A DNA stretch of 64,000 bases, taken from an uncultured Pseudomonadota bacterium. Its GTDB lineage: Bacteria > Pseudomonadota > Alphaproteobacteria > JACZXZ01. The notes under the pieces are model-generated. The model worked only from the letters and a program-made list of their open reading frames with translations. It was not told the origin of the DNA and ran no database searches. Location: NCBI GenBank assembly GCA_963749075.1, contig CAVVLJ010000002.1, forward strand, positions 104,232-168,231. The letters are read 5' to 3'. This document shows positions 28,381 through 38,025 of the stretch, one piece after another (within the stretch, counting starts at the first letter, position 1; every line of letters begins with the position of its first letter). The position numbers and the translations under genes are program-made.

Positions 28381-28409
28381 TTGACACTTGTACGTATTTC
28401 GCCTCCAAT
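28381..28409 (+). promoter_or_regulatory. Promoter of the brnTA operon (probably leaderless)
   Basis: TTGACA, 17 bp, TCCAAT; ATG 6 bp downstream at 28416. Confidence 0.55.
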
Positions 28410-28415
28410 CCGCCG

Positions 28416-28712
28416 ATGCGATCCGAGTGGGACGAAGAGAAGCGGGAGAGCAATCTCGCCAAGCATGGTATCGATTTCGTGAATGCGGTCGCCATCTTCG
28501 ACGGAGTCATCCTCGAAGCCGTGGACGCCCGACGCGATTATGGCGAGCGGCGGCTTCGCGCCTTGGGGACGGTTGGACGCCGGGTCCTTTTCGTCGTCTA
28601 TACCCTGAGGCGCGGCTGCCGCCGGATCATCGGTGCGCGAAAGGCAGGACGACATGAGCAAGAAGCGTATTACGCGCATCTCCGCCGCAGAGGCGCGGAC
28701 GATGGCCGGTAG
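28416..28712 (+). CDS. brnT: BrnT family toxin
   Basis: EWDEEKRESNLAKHGIDF...YGERR...RIIGARKA. Confidence 0.88.
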   Translation: MRSEWDEEKRESNLAKHGIDFVNAVAIFDGVILEAVDARRDYGERRLRALGTVGRRVLFVVYTLRRGCRRIIGARKAGRHEQEAYYAHLRRRGADDGR

Positions 28713-28968
28713 GACGGACTGGAAACGCGTTCGTAGGCTCACCGAGAAGGGCATCGCGCGCGCCGCGTCCGGCGATCCCGACGCGCCGATGACCACGGCT
28801 GCGGATTGGGTCAAGGCCCGGGTGGTGTGGCCGCGCGGCAAGACGCCGGTGACGCTGCGCTTGGACGACGACGTGCTCGAGTGGTTCCGCAAGCACGGCC
28901 GCGGATACCAGACGCGAATCAACGCCGTACTGCGTGCCTTCGTCGACGCGAAGGTAAATCCACGATAA
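28654..28968 (+). CDS. brnA: BrnA family antitoxin
   Basis: TDWKRV...VTLRLDDDVLEWFR...GYQTRINAVLR. Confidence 0.88.
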   Translation: MSKKRITRISAAEARTMAGRTDWKRVRRLTEKGIARAASGDPDAPMTTAADWVKARVVWPRGKTPVTLRLDDDVLEWFRKHGRGYQTRINAVLRAFVDAKVNPR

Positions 28969-28997
28969 GCGGGCGTATGGCCCCCTCGCGCACCGCC

Positions 28998-29438
28998 CTA
29001 CCCCGCGTTCGGCACCCACTTGAGGAGATGCTCGGCGACGGCGCAGAGCTCGCCTTTCTGGTTGGCGACCTCGACGTGAGCGCGCGAGCGGCGCCGCTCG
29101 GGATCGATCTCGGCGATGCGGTAGGTGACGGTGATGGTGTCGCCGAGCTTGACGGCCTTGAGGAACCGCACGCGGTCGTAGCCGAGGGAGACCGGCGTCT
29201 CGTCGCTGCCCGCCGCCACGCTTTTCGCACACATCATGGTCGAGGTCGTCGACATGTAGCCGATGAGGAGTGCCCCGTGCGCGATGCGCCCGCCGTAGGC
29301 CGAGCGGCGCATGTATTCCTCGTTGACGTGGTTGCCGGCGAAATCGCCGGTGATGCCGGCGAAGAGGTAGACGTTGCTCTCGCTCACCGTCTTCGAGAAG
29401 GCGACCTCGTCGCCGATGCCAACGTGGAAGGAGGCCAT
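28998..29438 (-). CDS. MaoC family (hotdog) dehydratase
   Basis: FAGITGD...H, IAHG, RFLKAV. Confidence 0.85.
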   Translation of the reverse strand: MASFHVGIGDEVAFSKTVSESNVYLFAGITGDFAGNHVNEEYMRRSAYGGRIAHGALLIGYMSTTSTMMCAKSVAAGSDETPVSLGYDRVRFLKAVKLGDTITVTYRIAEIDPERRRSRAHVEVANQKGELCAVAEHLLKWVPNAG

Positions 29439-29449
29439 GGCGGCAGCAC

Positions 29450-29836
29450 TCAGACGGCCGGGCCGGGCTCGTCGGGCGCGAAGTCGAGCTCGACCTTGGC
29501 GCCGCTCGGATCGTGGAAGAAGAGCTGCCAGGTCTTGCTCTCGGCCTGGCGGCGCAGCTGGTACGCAAGGCCGCGCGCCTTGAGCTTGCCGAGCGTCGCC
29601 TCGAGGCCCTTGGCGCCGAAGGCCATGTGGTCGAGGACGCCCGCCGGGTCCGCCGGCAGCGCGCGCCCGGCGATGACGTGGAGCACCGCGCGCTTCCCGG
29701 CATAGAGCCAGACGCCGGGGAAGCCGAGCGGCGGACGGTAGCCCTCCTTGAGCCCGAGGAGCTCGCCGTAGAACGACCGGGTGGCGGCGAGATCGTCCGT
29801 GAGCACGGTGAAATGGTCCATGGCTTTGACGGTCAT
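29450..29836 (-). CDS. VOC/glyoxalase family protein
   Basis: DHFTV...FY...LG, DHMAF, DPSGAKVEL. Confidence 0.85.
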   Translation of the reverse strand: MTVKAMDHFTVLTDDLAATRSFYGELLGLKEGYRPPLGFPGVWLYAGKRAVLHVIAGRALPADPAGVLDHMAFGAKGLEATLGKLKARGLAYQLRRQAESKTWQLFFHDPSGAKVELDFAPDEPGPAV

Positions 29837-29902
29837 GGGCGTCTCCTCTTGCCTGGGATGCGTCCTCGCACGGGCGAGGCTAGCACTTCCCGCCGACTTG
29901 CG

Positions 29903-30844
29903 TCAGCCGCCGAGCTCGCGCGGCTTGGGCCGCGTGCCCGGCCGCTCGGGCGCGAGCTCGTGGGCGAGGAAATCGAGCAGCCGCTTGAGGCGCTCCCTCG
30001 CTTGGCTTGCCGCCGCCGCGGCGTCGCAGGCGCGCCAATCGTAGAAGCCGAGGCCGGCCTCGGCCCCGGTCTCGCCGCGCGCCGCCAAGTCCTGGACGAA
30101 GGCCGCGGGCTTGCCCGAATGCGCGAGCTTAGGCACCAGGGCGGTCTGTGCGGCCGCGTGGATCTTGAGGCCGCTCAGGTCCTTCTGCTCGATGACGCCG
30201 GTGATACACATGCGCGGGCCCAAGAGGCGCTTGGCGATGTCGTCGATCTCCTTGGCCGTGGCGGCGCCGATCTCGATCAGGTGATAGGCCTCGTTCAGGA
30301 GCGCGTGCTGGATGCGGTTGATGAGATAGCCCTCGACCGGCTTACGCACGAGGATCGGCTCCTTGCCGGTGCGCCGCATGGCGTCCGCCGTGCGCGCGAC
30401 CGCCTCGGCCGCCGTGCGCGTGCCCGCGATGACCTCGACCATGGGGAAGACGTCCGCCGGCTGGAAGTAATGCGCACCGAGGAAGCGCTCGGGATGCGCC
30501 AGGCCGCGGGCGAGCTCGTCGAGCGGCAGGCCCGAGGTATTGGTCGCGATGATGGTGGCCGGCGGGTAGGCGGCCTCGAGCGCCTGGTAGACAGCCTCCT
30601 TGACGGCGATCTCCTCGGGCACGTTCTCGATGACGAGGTCGGGCACGGCCGAGGGCAGGGCAGCACTCGCGCGCACGCCGGGTGCCAGACCGGGGACGTC
30701 GGCTCCGCGCCGGCTCCACACCAGGGTCTCGAAGCCGCTCTCGGCAAAGGATTTGGCGACGCCGCGGCCCATGGTGCCGGCGCCCACCACGAGGACGCGC
30801 TCGATATCTGCTGTCACGGTACGCTCCTCCCTAGTGCTCGCCAT
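29903..30844 (-). CDS. 3-hydroxyacyl-CoA dehydrogenase family
   Basis: VGAGTMG, ENVPE, TNTSG, HYFQP, GYLINR. Confidence 0.88.
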   Translation of the reverse strand: MASTREERTVTADIERVLVVGAGTMGRGVAKSFAESGFETLVWSRRGADVPGLAPGVRASAALPSAVPDLVIENVPEEIAVKEAVYQALEAAYPPATIIATNTSGLPLDELARGLAHPERFLGAHYFQPADVFPMVEVIAGTRTAAEAVARTADAMRRTGKEPILVRKPVEGYLINRIQHALLNEAYHLIEIGAATAKEIDDIAKRLLGPRMCITGVIEQKDLSGLKIHAAAQTALVPKLAHSGKPAAFVQDLAARGETGAEAGLGFYDWRACDAAAAASQARERLKRLLDFLAHELAPERPGTRPKPRELGG

Positions 30845-30861
30845 CGGTAAACCGCGTGTCA

Positions 30862-30896
30862 CCCCCTCCCCATCCTCCCCCTTCAAGGGGGAGGGG
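30862..30896. repeat. Single REP-like hairpin
   Basis: CCCCCTCCCCATCCTCCCCCTTCAAGGGGGAGGGG. Confidence 0.7.
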
Positions 30897-31084
30897 GAAG
30901 GTTGTCGACCCGGCCTCTGAAAATCGCGGCTCGCAGCATAGCAGCCGAGATGCCGGCGGGCGATTACTCCCTCTTGGACGGGGGCGGTCCCCGTGTTAAG
31001 CGTGCGCTCGCACGCGAGCTTGCGGTGGGAGGGGGGAGCAGCGATGAGCGAAGGGAGGAGGCCGTTGCGAGCGGGGTCCCGCCC

Positions 31085-32539
31085 ATGCCGCTGAAGCTCT
31101 CGGTCTTGGGCGCGCGCTTCTACATGCGCGACATCCGCACGCGGCTCCCCTTCCGCTTCGGCGCCGAGACGGTGAGCGGCTTCCCGCTCCTCCACTTGGC
31201 GGTCGAGGTGGCGACGGAGGGCGGAGTTGCCACCGGCTATGCCGCCGACAGCCTGGTGCCCAAGTGGTTCGACAAGGACCCCGGCAAGAGCGCCGAGCGC
31301 AACATCGAGGACCTCCTGCTCTCGGCCGAGACCGCGGCCGAGGTGTACCGGGCCGTTGGCGAGGCGCCGTCGCTCTTCGCACTCTGGCGCCAGGCTTATC
31401 CCGAGTGCCAGAAGCGCTGCCACGCCGCCGGTCTCAACAAGCTCACCGGCACCTTCGGCTCGGCGCTCTTCGAGCGTGCGGCGATCGACGCCCTCGGCCG
31501 CCAGCAACGCCAGCCGCTCAGGGAGCTCATGCGCGCGGACGCCATCGGGCTCAGGCCCCAGGAGATTCACGCCGAAACCAGCCTCGAGCATCTCAACGCC
31601 TGGCTCGCGGCACCCCCCGCCGACGCCGTCGCCTTGCGCCACACGGTCGGCCTCCTCGATCCGCTCGCCGACAGCGACCTCGGGAGCGGCCAGCCGGACG
31701 ACGGGCTGCCGCGCACGCTCACGGCCTACGTGCGGCGCCAGGGCCTGCGTTACTTCAAGCTCAAGCTCGGCGGCGACATACTCGAGGATTTGCTGCGCCT
31801 CGAATCGATCGCCTCGGTGCTCGATGCGCTCATCCCCGTGCCCTACCACGTCTCGCTCGACGGCAACGAGCAATACAAGAGCGTGGCGGCCCTCGAGAAG
31901 CTCTGGGCCTTCATCGGCAAGAGCCCGAAGCTCGCGCGCCTGCGCTCGGCGCTCCTCTTCCTCGAGCAGCCCCTGCCGCGGCGCACCGCACTCGACGCGC
32001 GCGAGGCGGCGGGCATCGCCGAGTTCGGCCGCCAGCTTCCCGTCGTCATCGACGAGAGCGACGACGACCCCCAGTCGTTCCGCTCGGCACTCGCGCTCGG
32101 CTATGCCGGCGTCTCGACCAAGAACTGCAAGGGCGTCATCAAGTCCTTCCTCAACCGCACCCTCGTCGAGGCGCTCGGCGCCGAGGGACGGCGCGTCTTG
32201 ATGAGCGCCGAGGACCTCTGCAACCTGCCGGTGGTGGCGCTCCAGCAGGACCTCGCCACCGTGCGGCTCCTCGGCATCGAGCACGTGGAGCGCAACGGCC
32301 ACCACTATGTGCGCGGCCTCGAGCATTGCTCCGAGACGGAGCGCGAGCAGGCCCTCGAGCGCCACCGCGATCTCTATGAGCAGGTCGAAGGCGGTACGGC
32401 GCTCGCCGTCCAGGGCGGCATGCTCTCGACGGCCTCGCTCGCCGTACCCGGCTACGGCGTCGGTTTGACGCCCGACCTCGCCGCGATGACGCCGCTCGAG
32501 GCGTGGCGGAAGAAAGCGCCTCAGCAGACCGTGCGGTAG
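31085..32539 (+). CDS. Mandelate racemase/enolase-superfamily-like protein
   Basis: RLPFRFG, FKLK, LDGNEQ, EQP, IDES, KNCKG, ERNGHHY. Confidence 0.75.
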   Translation: MPLKLSVLGARFYMRDIRTRLPFRFGAETVSGFPLLHLAVEVATEGGVATGYAADSLVPKWFDKDPGKSAERNIEDLLLSAETAAEVYRAVGEAPSLFALWRQAYPECQKRCHAAGLNKLTGTFGSALFERAAIDALGRQQRQPLRELMRADAIGLRPQEIHAETSLEHLNAWLAAPPADAVALRHTVGLLDPLADSDLGSGQPDDGLPRTLTAYVRRQGLRYFKLKLGGDILEDLLRLESIASVLDALIPVPYHVSLDGNEQYKSVAALEKLWAFIGKSPKLARLRSALLFLEQPLPRRTALDAREAAGIAEFGRQLPVVIDESDDDPQSFRSALALGYAGVSTKNCKGVIKSFLNRTLVEALGAEGRRVLMSAEDLCNLPVVALQQDLATVRLLGIEHVERNGHHYVRGLEHCSETEREQALERHRDLYEQVEGGTALAVQGGMLSTASLAVPGYGVGLTPDLAAMTPLEAWRKKAPQQTVR

Positions 32540-33357
32540 CGCTCGATCGAGGTGCGCAAGACCTCCTCGGGCGGGCGCTTCCACCAGTTCTCCTTGGAGA
32601 AGATCTCGACTTCGCAGAAGCCGCCGTAGCCCGCCGCCTCGACGAGGCCGCGAATGCGCCGGATATCGATCACGCCGTCGCCCATCATGCCGCGGTCGAA
32701 GAGGAGGTCGCGCGTCGGCACCAGCCAGTCCGAGATGTGGAAGGCGAGGATGCGGCCGGCACGCCCGGCGCGCGCGATGCCTTGGGCGAGCTCCGGGTCC
32801 CACCACAGGTGATAGACGTCGACGGCGATACCGATGCCCTCGCCGAGGGCGTCGCAGAGCTCGTTCGCCTGTGCCAGGGTATTGATGCAGGCGCGGTCGG
32901 CCGCGTACATGGGGTGCAGCGGCTCGAGGGCGAGCGGCACCCCGGCTGAGCGCGCGTAGGGCAAGAGCTCGGCGACGCCGTCGCGCACGATGTCGCGCGC
33001 ATCCGCAATGTCGCGCGAGCCGGGGGCGAGCCCGCCGGCCACGAGGATGAGGCAATGGGCGCCGATCGCCGCGGCCTCGTCGACCGCGCGGCGGTTGTCG
33101 TCAAGCGCCTGTGCTAAGCCTTTGCGCTCGAAGCTCGTGAACATGCCGCCGCGGCAGAGGCCGCTGACGGCGAGGCCGTGCTTGCGCAGGAGCCGCGCCG
33201 CCTCCGCAACGCCCGTCTCCGCCAGGCGGTCGCGCCAGACGGCGAGTGCGGGGATGCCGGCGCGCGCGATGCCCTCGATCGCCTGGCGCAGGTCCCAGCT
33301 CTTGACGGTCGCGGTATTGATCGCGAGGAAGCGGTTGTCCTTGGAGAGATCGCGCAT
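32521..33357 (-). CDS. Sugar phosphate isomerase/epimerase (xylose isomerase-like TIM barrel)
   Basis: LCRGG, EPLHP, DVYH, DRGMMGDG, EVEIFS. Confidence 0.88.
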   Translation of the reverse strand: MRDLSKDNRFLAINTATVKSWDLRQAIEGIARAGIPALAVWRDRLAETGVAEAARLLRKHGLAVSGLCRGGMFTSFERKGLAQALDDNRRAVDEAAAIGAHCLILVAGGLAPGSRDIADARDIVRDGVAELLPYARSAGVPLALEPLHPMYAADRACINTLAQANELCDALGEGIGIAVDVYHLWWDPELAQGIARAGRAGRILAFHISDWLVPTRDLLFDRGMMGDGVIDIRRIRGLVEAAGYGGFCEVEIFSKENWWKRPPEEVLRTSIERYRTVC

Positions 33358-34520
33358 CACGCCTCGACGCCGTGGCAGGCCAGCACGGCCGCCATGCGGC
33401 GAGCGGCGAGCTCGGGATCGGCAAGGAGCCCCGCCTTGTCGGCGAGGCGGAAGAGCTCGGCGAGATGGAGGAGCGAGCGCGCGCTCTCCTGGCCGCCCAC
33501 CATGACGAAGTGGCGCTGGTGGCCGTTGAGATAGGCCATGAAGACGACGCCCGTCTTGTAGAAGCGCGTCGGCACCTTGAAGATGTGGCGCGAGAGCGCC
33601 ACGGTCGGCGCCAGGATGTCGTGGAACTCGTTGCCGCCGCCGCGCGCAAGCGCTGCGAGCGCCGCAGACGCCGCGGGCGCGATGGCATCGAAGATGCCGA
33701 GGAGCGCGTCGGACGCGTGCTCGCCGTCGCCGGCGATGAGCTCGGGATAGTTGAAGTCGTCGCCCGTATACATGCGCACGCCCGCGGGCAGCCGCTTGCG
33801 CATCGCGATCTCGCGCTCCTTGTCGAGGAGCGAGATCTTGATACCATCCACCTTGGCGGCGTTCTCGCCCATCACCGCGAGCGCCGTCTCGCTCGCCTGG
33901 CCGAGGTCGCTCGAGCCCCAATAGCCGGCGAGCGCCGGATCGAACATGTCCCCGAGCCAGTGGATGATCGCCTTCTCCCTGAGCTGGGAGAGGATGCGGC
34001 CGTAGACCTCGGCATAGTCGTCGGGTCCGCGCGCGGACGCCGCGAGCCCGCGGCTCGCCATCAGGATGACGCGGCCGCCCGCCTTCTCGACGGCGGCGAT
34101 CTGCTCCTCATAGGCGCCGATCACCGCTTCGAGCGGGTGGCTGCCGGGTGCCAGATGGTCGGTGCCGGCGCCGCAGAAGAGGAGCGCTCCGGGGATTTCG
34201 CGCGCCGCCTCGACCGAGCGCTGGATGAGCTCGAGCGAGGTCGGCCAATCGAGCCCCATGCCGCGCTGCGCCGTGTCCATGGCCTCGGCGACGCCGAGGC
34301 CGAGGGCGAAGAGATGGCGGCGATAGGCAAGCGTCGCGTCCCAGTCGAGCGCCGCCTCGAGCCACGGATCGCGGTCGGCCAGCGGATCGGCGACCACGTG
34401 GGCCGCGGCAAAGGCGATGCGGTTGAAAGGGCCCTCGGCACGGCGCGGCAGCTCCCGCGGCGCTTGCGTGCGATAAGCGGCGAGGCCGCCCCCGGCGGTC
34501 GGCAGATTGATGGTCGGCAC
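33357..34520 (-). CDS. DUF993 / dihydrodipicolinate synthase-like protein
   Basis: AEAMDTAQRGMG, HWLG, GIKISLLD, YTGDDFNY. Confidence 0.85.
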   Translation of the reverse strand: MPTINLPTAGGGLAAYRTQAPRELPRRAEGPFNRIAFAAAHVVADPLADRDPWLEAALDWDATLAYRRHLFALGLGVAEAMDTAQRGMGLDWPTSLELIQRSVEAAREIPGALLFCGAGTDHLAPGSHPLEAVIGAYEEQIAAVEKAGGRVILMASRGLAASARGPDDYAEVYGRILSQLREKAIIHWLGDMFDPALAGYWGSSDLGQASETALAVMGENAAKVDGIKISLLDKEREIAMRKRLPAGVRMYTGDDFNYPELIAGDGEHASDALLGIFDAIAPAASAALAALARGGGNEFHDILAPTVALSRHIFKVPTRFYKTGVVFMAYLNGHQRHFVMVGGQESARSLLHLAELFRLADKAGLLADPELAARRMAAVLACHGVEA

Positions 34521-34523
34521 GGC

Positions 34524-35675
34524 TCAGCCCTCCAGCTCGGGTACGTCCACGAAGCGGCGCTCGGCCCAGCTCTTGAGCGCGAGCTCGGCGAGCTGCACGC
34601 CTCTCGCGCCGGCGAGGAGGTCCCAGCGGAAGGGTGCCCCCTCCATCACGTGCTTGATGTAGAGCTCCCACTGGGCCTTGAAGCCGTTGGGATAGGGCTC
34701 GGCGTCCGGCACCTCCTGCCACTCTGCGAAGAAATCGCCGCCGCGCCGCTCGTCCGGGTTCCATACCGGCTTGGGCGTGGCGGCTGCCGGCTGGATGAAG
34801 CATCGCGTAAGGCCCGCGAGCGCCGAGCCTTGCGTGCCGTCGACCTGGAAAGTGACGAGATCGTCGCGCCGCACGCGCGTGCACCAGGAGCTGTTGATCT
34901 GCGCGATGGCGCCTCCCGCGAGCTCGAAGGTGGCGAAGGCCGCGTCGTCGGCGTCGGCCTTGTAGGGTTTGCCGCGCTCGTCCCAGCGCCTGGCGATGAA
35001 ATTGGCACCGAGGCAGCTCACTGCGCGCACGCCGCCGAAGAGGCCGTCGAGGATGTAGCGCCAGTGGCACAGCATGTCGAGGATGATGCCGCCGCCCTGG
35101 CTCTTGCGGTAGTTCCACGAGGGGCGCTGGGCCGGCAGCCCGTCGCCCGCGAAGACCCAATAGCCGAAATCGCCCTTGAGCGAGAGGATGCGGCCGAAAA
35201 AGCCCGCCTCGATGAGGCGGCGCATCTTCACGAGGCCGGGGAGGAAGAGCTTGTCCTGCACCACGCCGTGCTTGATGCCGGCCTTCTTGGCCGTGCGGTA
35301 GAGCGCCAGCGCGTTGGCCAGCGAGACGGCCGTCGGCTTCTCGCAATAGACGTGCTTGCCCGCCGCGATCGCGCGCTCGACGTTGGCCTTGCGCAGGTCG
35401 GTCGAAAGCGCGTCGAAATAGACCGTGTCCTCGGGATCGGCGAGAGCCTTCTCGAGGCTGGTGGTAGTGCGCTCGACCCCGTGCGCCGCGGCGAGGCTCT
35501 CGAGCTTCTCCTTGTTGCGGCCGACGAGGATGGGATCGGGCATGGCGCGGCTGCCGTCCTTGAGGAGGACGCCGCCCTCCCTGCGGATGGCGAGGATCGA
35601 GCGCACGAGATGCTGCGTCGTCCCCATCCGGCCGGTGACGCCGTTCATGACGATGCCCAGGCGCCGCTCGCTCAT
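34524..35675 (-). CDS. Gfo/Idh/MocA oxidoreductase
   Basis: NGVTGRMG, CEKP, QDKLFLPG, RPSWNYR. Confidence 0.9.
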   Translation of the reverse strand: MSERRLGIVMNGVTGRMGTTQHLVRSILAIRREGGVLLKDGSRAMPDPILVGRNKEKLESLAAAHGVERTTTSLEKALADPEDTVYFDALSTDLRKANVERAIAAGKHVYCEKPTAVSLANALALYRTAKKAGIKHGVVQDKLFLPGLVKMRRLIEAGFFGRILSLKGDFGYWVFAGDGLPAQRPSWNYRKSQGGGIILDMLCHWRYILDGLFGGVRAVSCLGANFIARRWDERGKPYKADADDAAFATFELAGGAIAQINSSWCTRVRRDDLVTFQVDGTQGSALAGLTRCFIQPAAATPKPVWNPDERRGGDFFAEWQEVPDAEPYPNGFKAQWELYIKHVMEGAPFRWDLLAGARGVQLAELALKSWAERRFVDVPELEG

Positions 35676-35870
35676 TGGCGTCTCCCCTTGCGTTTCTTCG
35701 TTGCTCTCCGCCGTCGCTATCTTAGCCGCCGGATGCCCGCAAGACGACAGCTGAAAGGACTAGGACGGCGCCCTTCAGAAATTCTCCGGCCGGCGCTTCA
35801 AGGTGCGCATCGTCTCGGGCCGCGGGTCGATGAACTCGACACCAAACGAGCCCGAGCCTACCATGCCACT

Positions 35871-36095
35871 ATGACCGACGAGACCGCCAACCTGATCCTC
35901 GAGCACCTGCGCGTGATACCCGCCAAGGTCGACGAGGTACGCGCGATCGCCGATCGGCACACGGAAGACCTGCTCGAACTCAAGACGCGCACAGGGCACC
36001 TCGAGGGCCTTTACGCCAGCATCTCCCGCCGTGTCGACCGCATGGACGGGCGGCTCGACCGGATCGAGAAGCGCCTGGGCCTGATCGAGGTTTGA
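35871..36095 (+). CDS. Small coiled-coil hypothetical protein
   Basis: MTDETANLILEHLR...RLDRIEKRLGLIEV heptad pattern. Confidence 0.65.
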   Translation: MTDETANLILEHLRVIPAKVDEVRAIADRHTEDLLELKTRTGHLEGLYASISRRVDRMDGRLDRIEKRLGLIEV

Positions 36096-36141
36096 GGAGG
36101 TTGGCCTGGTCATCCTGCACGGCCTGCGCCCGCGCCGAGGC

Positions 36142-36588
36142 TCAGCCGCTCCGGGCTGGCGGCTCCTCGTCGAGGAGCCTGTAGCCGCGCGCCTTGAGAC
36201 AGCGGCGGATGTCGCCTTCGTGGGGGTCCCTGCCGGTTTGCGCGGTCGCGGCGGAGCCGTGGAGCGAGCCAGCGCCGCCGCCGCCCACGATGCCAGCCGT
36301 CGTGCCCAGCACGGCGCCGCCGGCGGCACTCCCGGTCGCGGCCCCGATGCCCGCGCCGAGCGCCGCACCGGCGAGCGCGCCGATGACAGCACCCTTGAGC
36401 ACGTCGAGCTCCCTGGCGTTCTCGCGGCAGAGGAGGAGGTCGTAATCGTAGGCCGCCTTGGCGTGGCCGGCCATGTCCACGACGGGCTGGTATTCCGGAT
36501 AATCGGCGCAGGAGGCGAGCGCCGCAAGCGCCAGGAGCGCCGTGAGGATGCGAAATGCCGCTGCCATGGGAGCTTTCCTCATGCGCAC
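36142..36588 (-). CDS. Glycine-zipper lipoprotein
   Basis: Lipobox LASC, GALAGAALGAGIG zipper, CLKARGY C-terminus; start may be 36567. Confidence 0.75.
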   Translation of the reverse strand: MRMRKAPMAAAFRILTALLALAALASCADYPEYQPVVDMAGHAKAAYDYDLLLCRENARELDVLKGAVIGALAGAALGAGIGAATGSAAGGAVLGTTAGIVGGGGAGSLHGSAATAQTGRDPHEGDIRRCLKARGYRLLDEEPPARSG

Positions 36589-36684
36589 CTGAGCCGCCCG
36601 GACGGCTACCTCGGGCTCGCGGCGGGCCCGGCGGATTGGGCGAACGTGGAGAACTATCTGGGCCTGTTACTCTCGCCCGGCTGA
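36587..36684 (+). pseudogene. C-terminal fragment of an FAD-dependent monooxygenase
   Basis: RPDGYLG...VENYL* resembles the RPDGY motif that ends PheA/TfdB-type monooxygenases; no upstream part present. Confidence 0.4.
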
Positions 36685-36713
36685 CGTAGGCCGCCTGGAT
36701 ATCAGCCGCCGCT

Positions 36714-37748
36714 CTATTCGTCGTCCGTGTAAAGGTCGCGGAGGAGCGGGATGGCACGCCGCGCCGTCGCCGCATATTCGGGGTCCAATTCCGTACCGAC
36801 GGCCTTGTAGCCGAGGCGGGCCGCCGCTCCCAAGGTCGATCCCGCTCCGGCAAAGGGATCGCACACGATGCCTATCCCGAGCGGCAGCACGGCACGCACG
36901 ATCTGACGCATGAAGCGCTGCGGCTTCAGCGAGGGGTGGGGTGCAATCTCGCGCTCGACGGCCCTTGTCGGCGCCGATGCGATGACGTCGCGGAACGGCT
37001 CGCCCTGCTGCGTCCGGCGCAGGCCGCCGGCGCCCCAGCGGCGGAGATTTGCCGCGACCGTCTTTTCGCCGAGCGGCTTCCTGAACAAGCCCCACGGCTC
37101 CCAGCAGGCGCGCGGCATGACCGAAACGTCGGGATATTCCCGCTCGGCGCCCTTTGGCCGGTCGCCGCCGCGGAGGGTCTGGACCAGCCGGATGATTTCT
37201 CCGCGTTTCTCGAATCCCGCTCTCTCGAAGCAGGCGAACGTGCGCGTCGAGAGGAGGGCCGTCGAGGCGATCATCAAATGGCCGCCGGGGACCAGCGCCC
37301 GCAGGGCGAGCGCCGCGGCGCGCGCAAAGAAGCGATCCAGCCGCCCCCGATCCTCCTCCGTCAAGACCGTGAAGCGCGGCAGGGGAGAGCGCTCGACCCC
37401 GTCGAACGATGGCGGGATACGCCATACCCCGCCGCGGCCCGCGCGCAATTTCGCGTGGTCCTTGTGCTCGTACTCGATGAGGCCATAGGGTGGGTCGGTC
37501 ACGATCCCATGCAGGCTGTCTTGGGGTGCCTGCGCCAGCCAGACGAGCGCGTCCGCGGCGACAACGGCGATGCCGCGACAGGGCTCGACCGTGGCGTCCG
37601 GGCGGATTTGCCGGAGCGCCTGCCACGTCTCGGCCTCCGCATGGCGGAGCGCATCGCCGATCCGGCCGCGTAGCGGCTGCCGCCCGATGCCGTCCGCCGC
37701 GAGGGGCTCGGCCACGGCTCCTCCCGACGTCGCGTCAAGCGGTGACAT
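36714..37748 (-). CDS. Orphan N4-C/N6-A DNA methyltransferase (beta class)
   Basis: TDPPY precedes HPSLKP and DPFAGAGST; no adjacent endonuclease. Confidence 0.85.
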   Translation of the reverse strand: MSPLDATSGGAVAEPLAADGIGRQPLRGRIGDALRHAEAETWQALRQIRPDATVEPCRGIAVVAADALVWLAQAPQDSLHGIVTDPPYGLIEYEHKDHAKLRAGRGGVWRIPPSFDGVERSPLPRFTVLTEEDRGRLDRFFARAAALALRALVPGGHLMIASTALLSTRTFACFERAGFEKRGEIIRLVQTLRGGDRPKGAEREYPDVSVMPRACWEPWGLFRKPLGEKTVAANLRRWGAGGLRRTQQGEPFRDVIASAPTRAVEREIAPHPSLKPQRFMRQIVRAVLPLGIGIVCDPFAGAGSTLGAAARLGYKAVGTELDPEYAATARRAIPLLRDLYTDDE

Positions 37749-37882
37749 AGCGATTCTCCTGGCTAGAGCCATCGGGTAAGAGCCGGCTCCAAGCAACATT
37801 TTGATATTGCCTCAGCATCTTCTGTCAACCTTCGCGATCGAGCGCTCGCCGCAATGTCTTCGACATGGCATGGCCGAGCCGT

Positions 37883-38020
37883 CCCTCACCCTCCCATCGC
37901 TTCGCGATGGGTCCCTCCCTCTCCCGTAAACGGGAGAGGGTAAGTTAACGCCGCTCGTCCCCTCTCCCGTTTACGGGAGAGGGAGGGGCCCGCGGCCGTT
38001 AGGCCGTGGGAGGGTGAGGG
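37883..38020. repeat. REP/RIME-like composite palindrome
   Basis: CCCTCACC...CTCTCCCGTAAACGGGAGAGGG / CCCTCTCCCGTTTACGGGAGAGGG...GGTGAGGG. Confidence 0.85.
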
Positions 38021-38025
38021 ATCGC

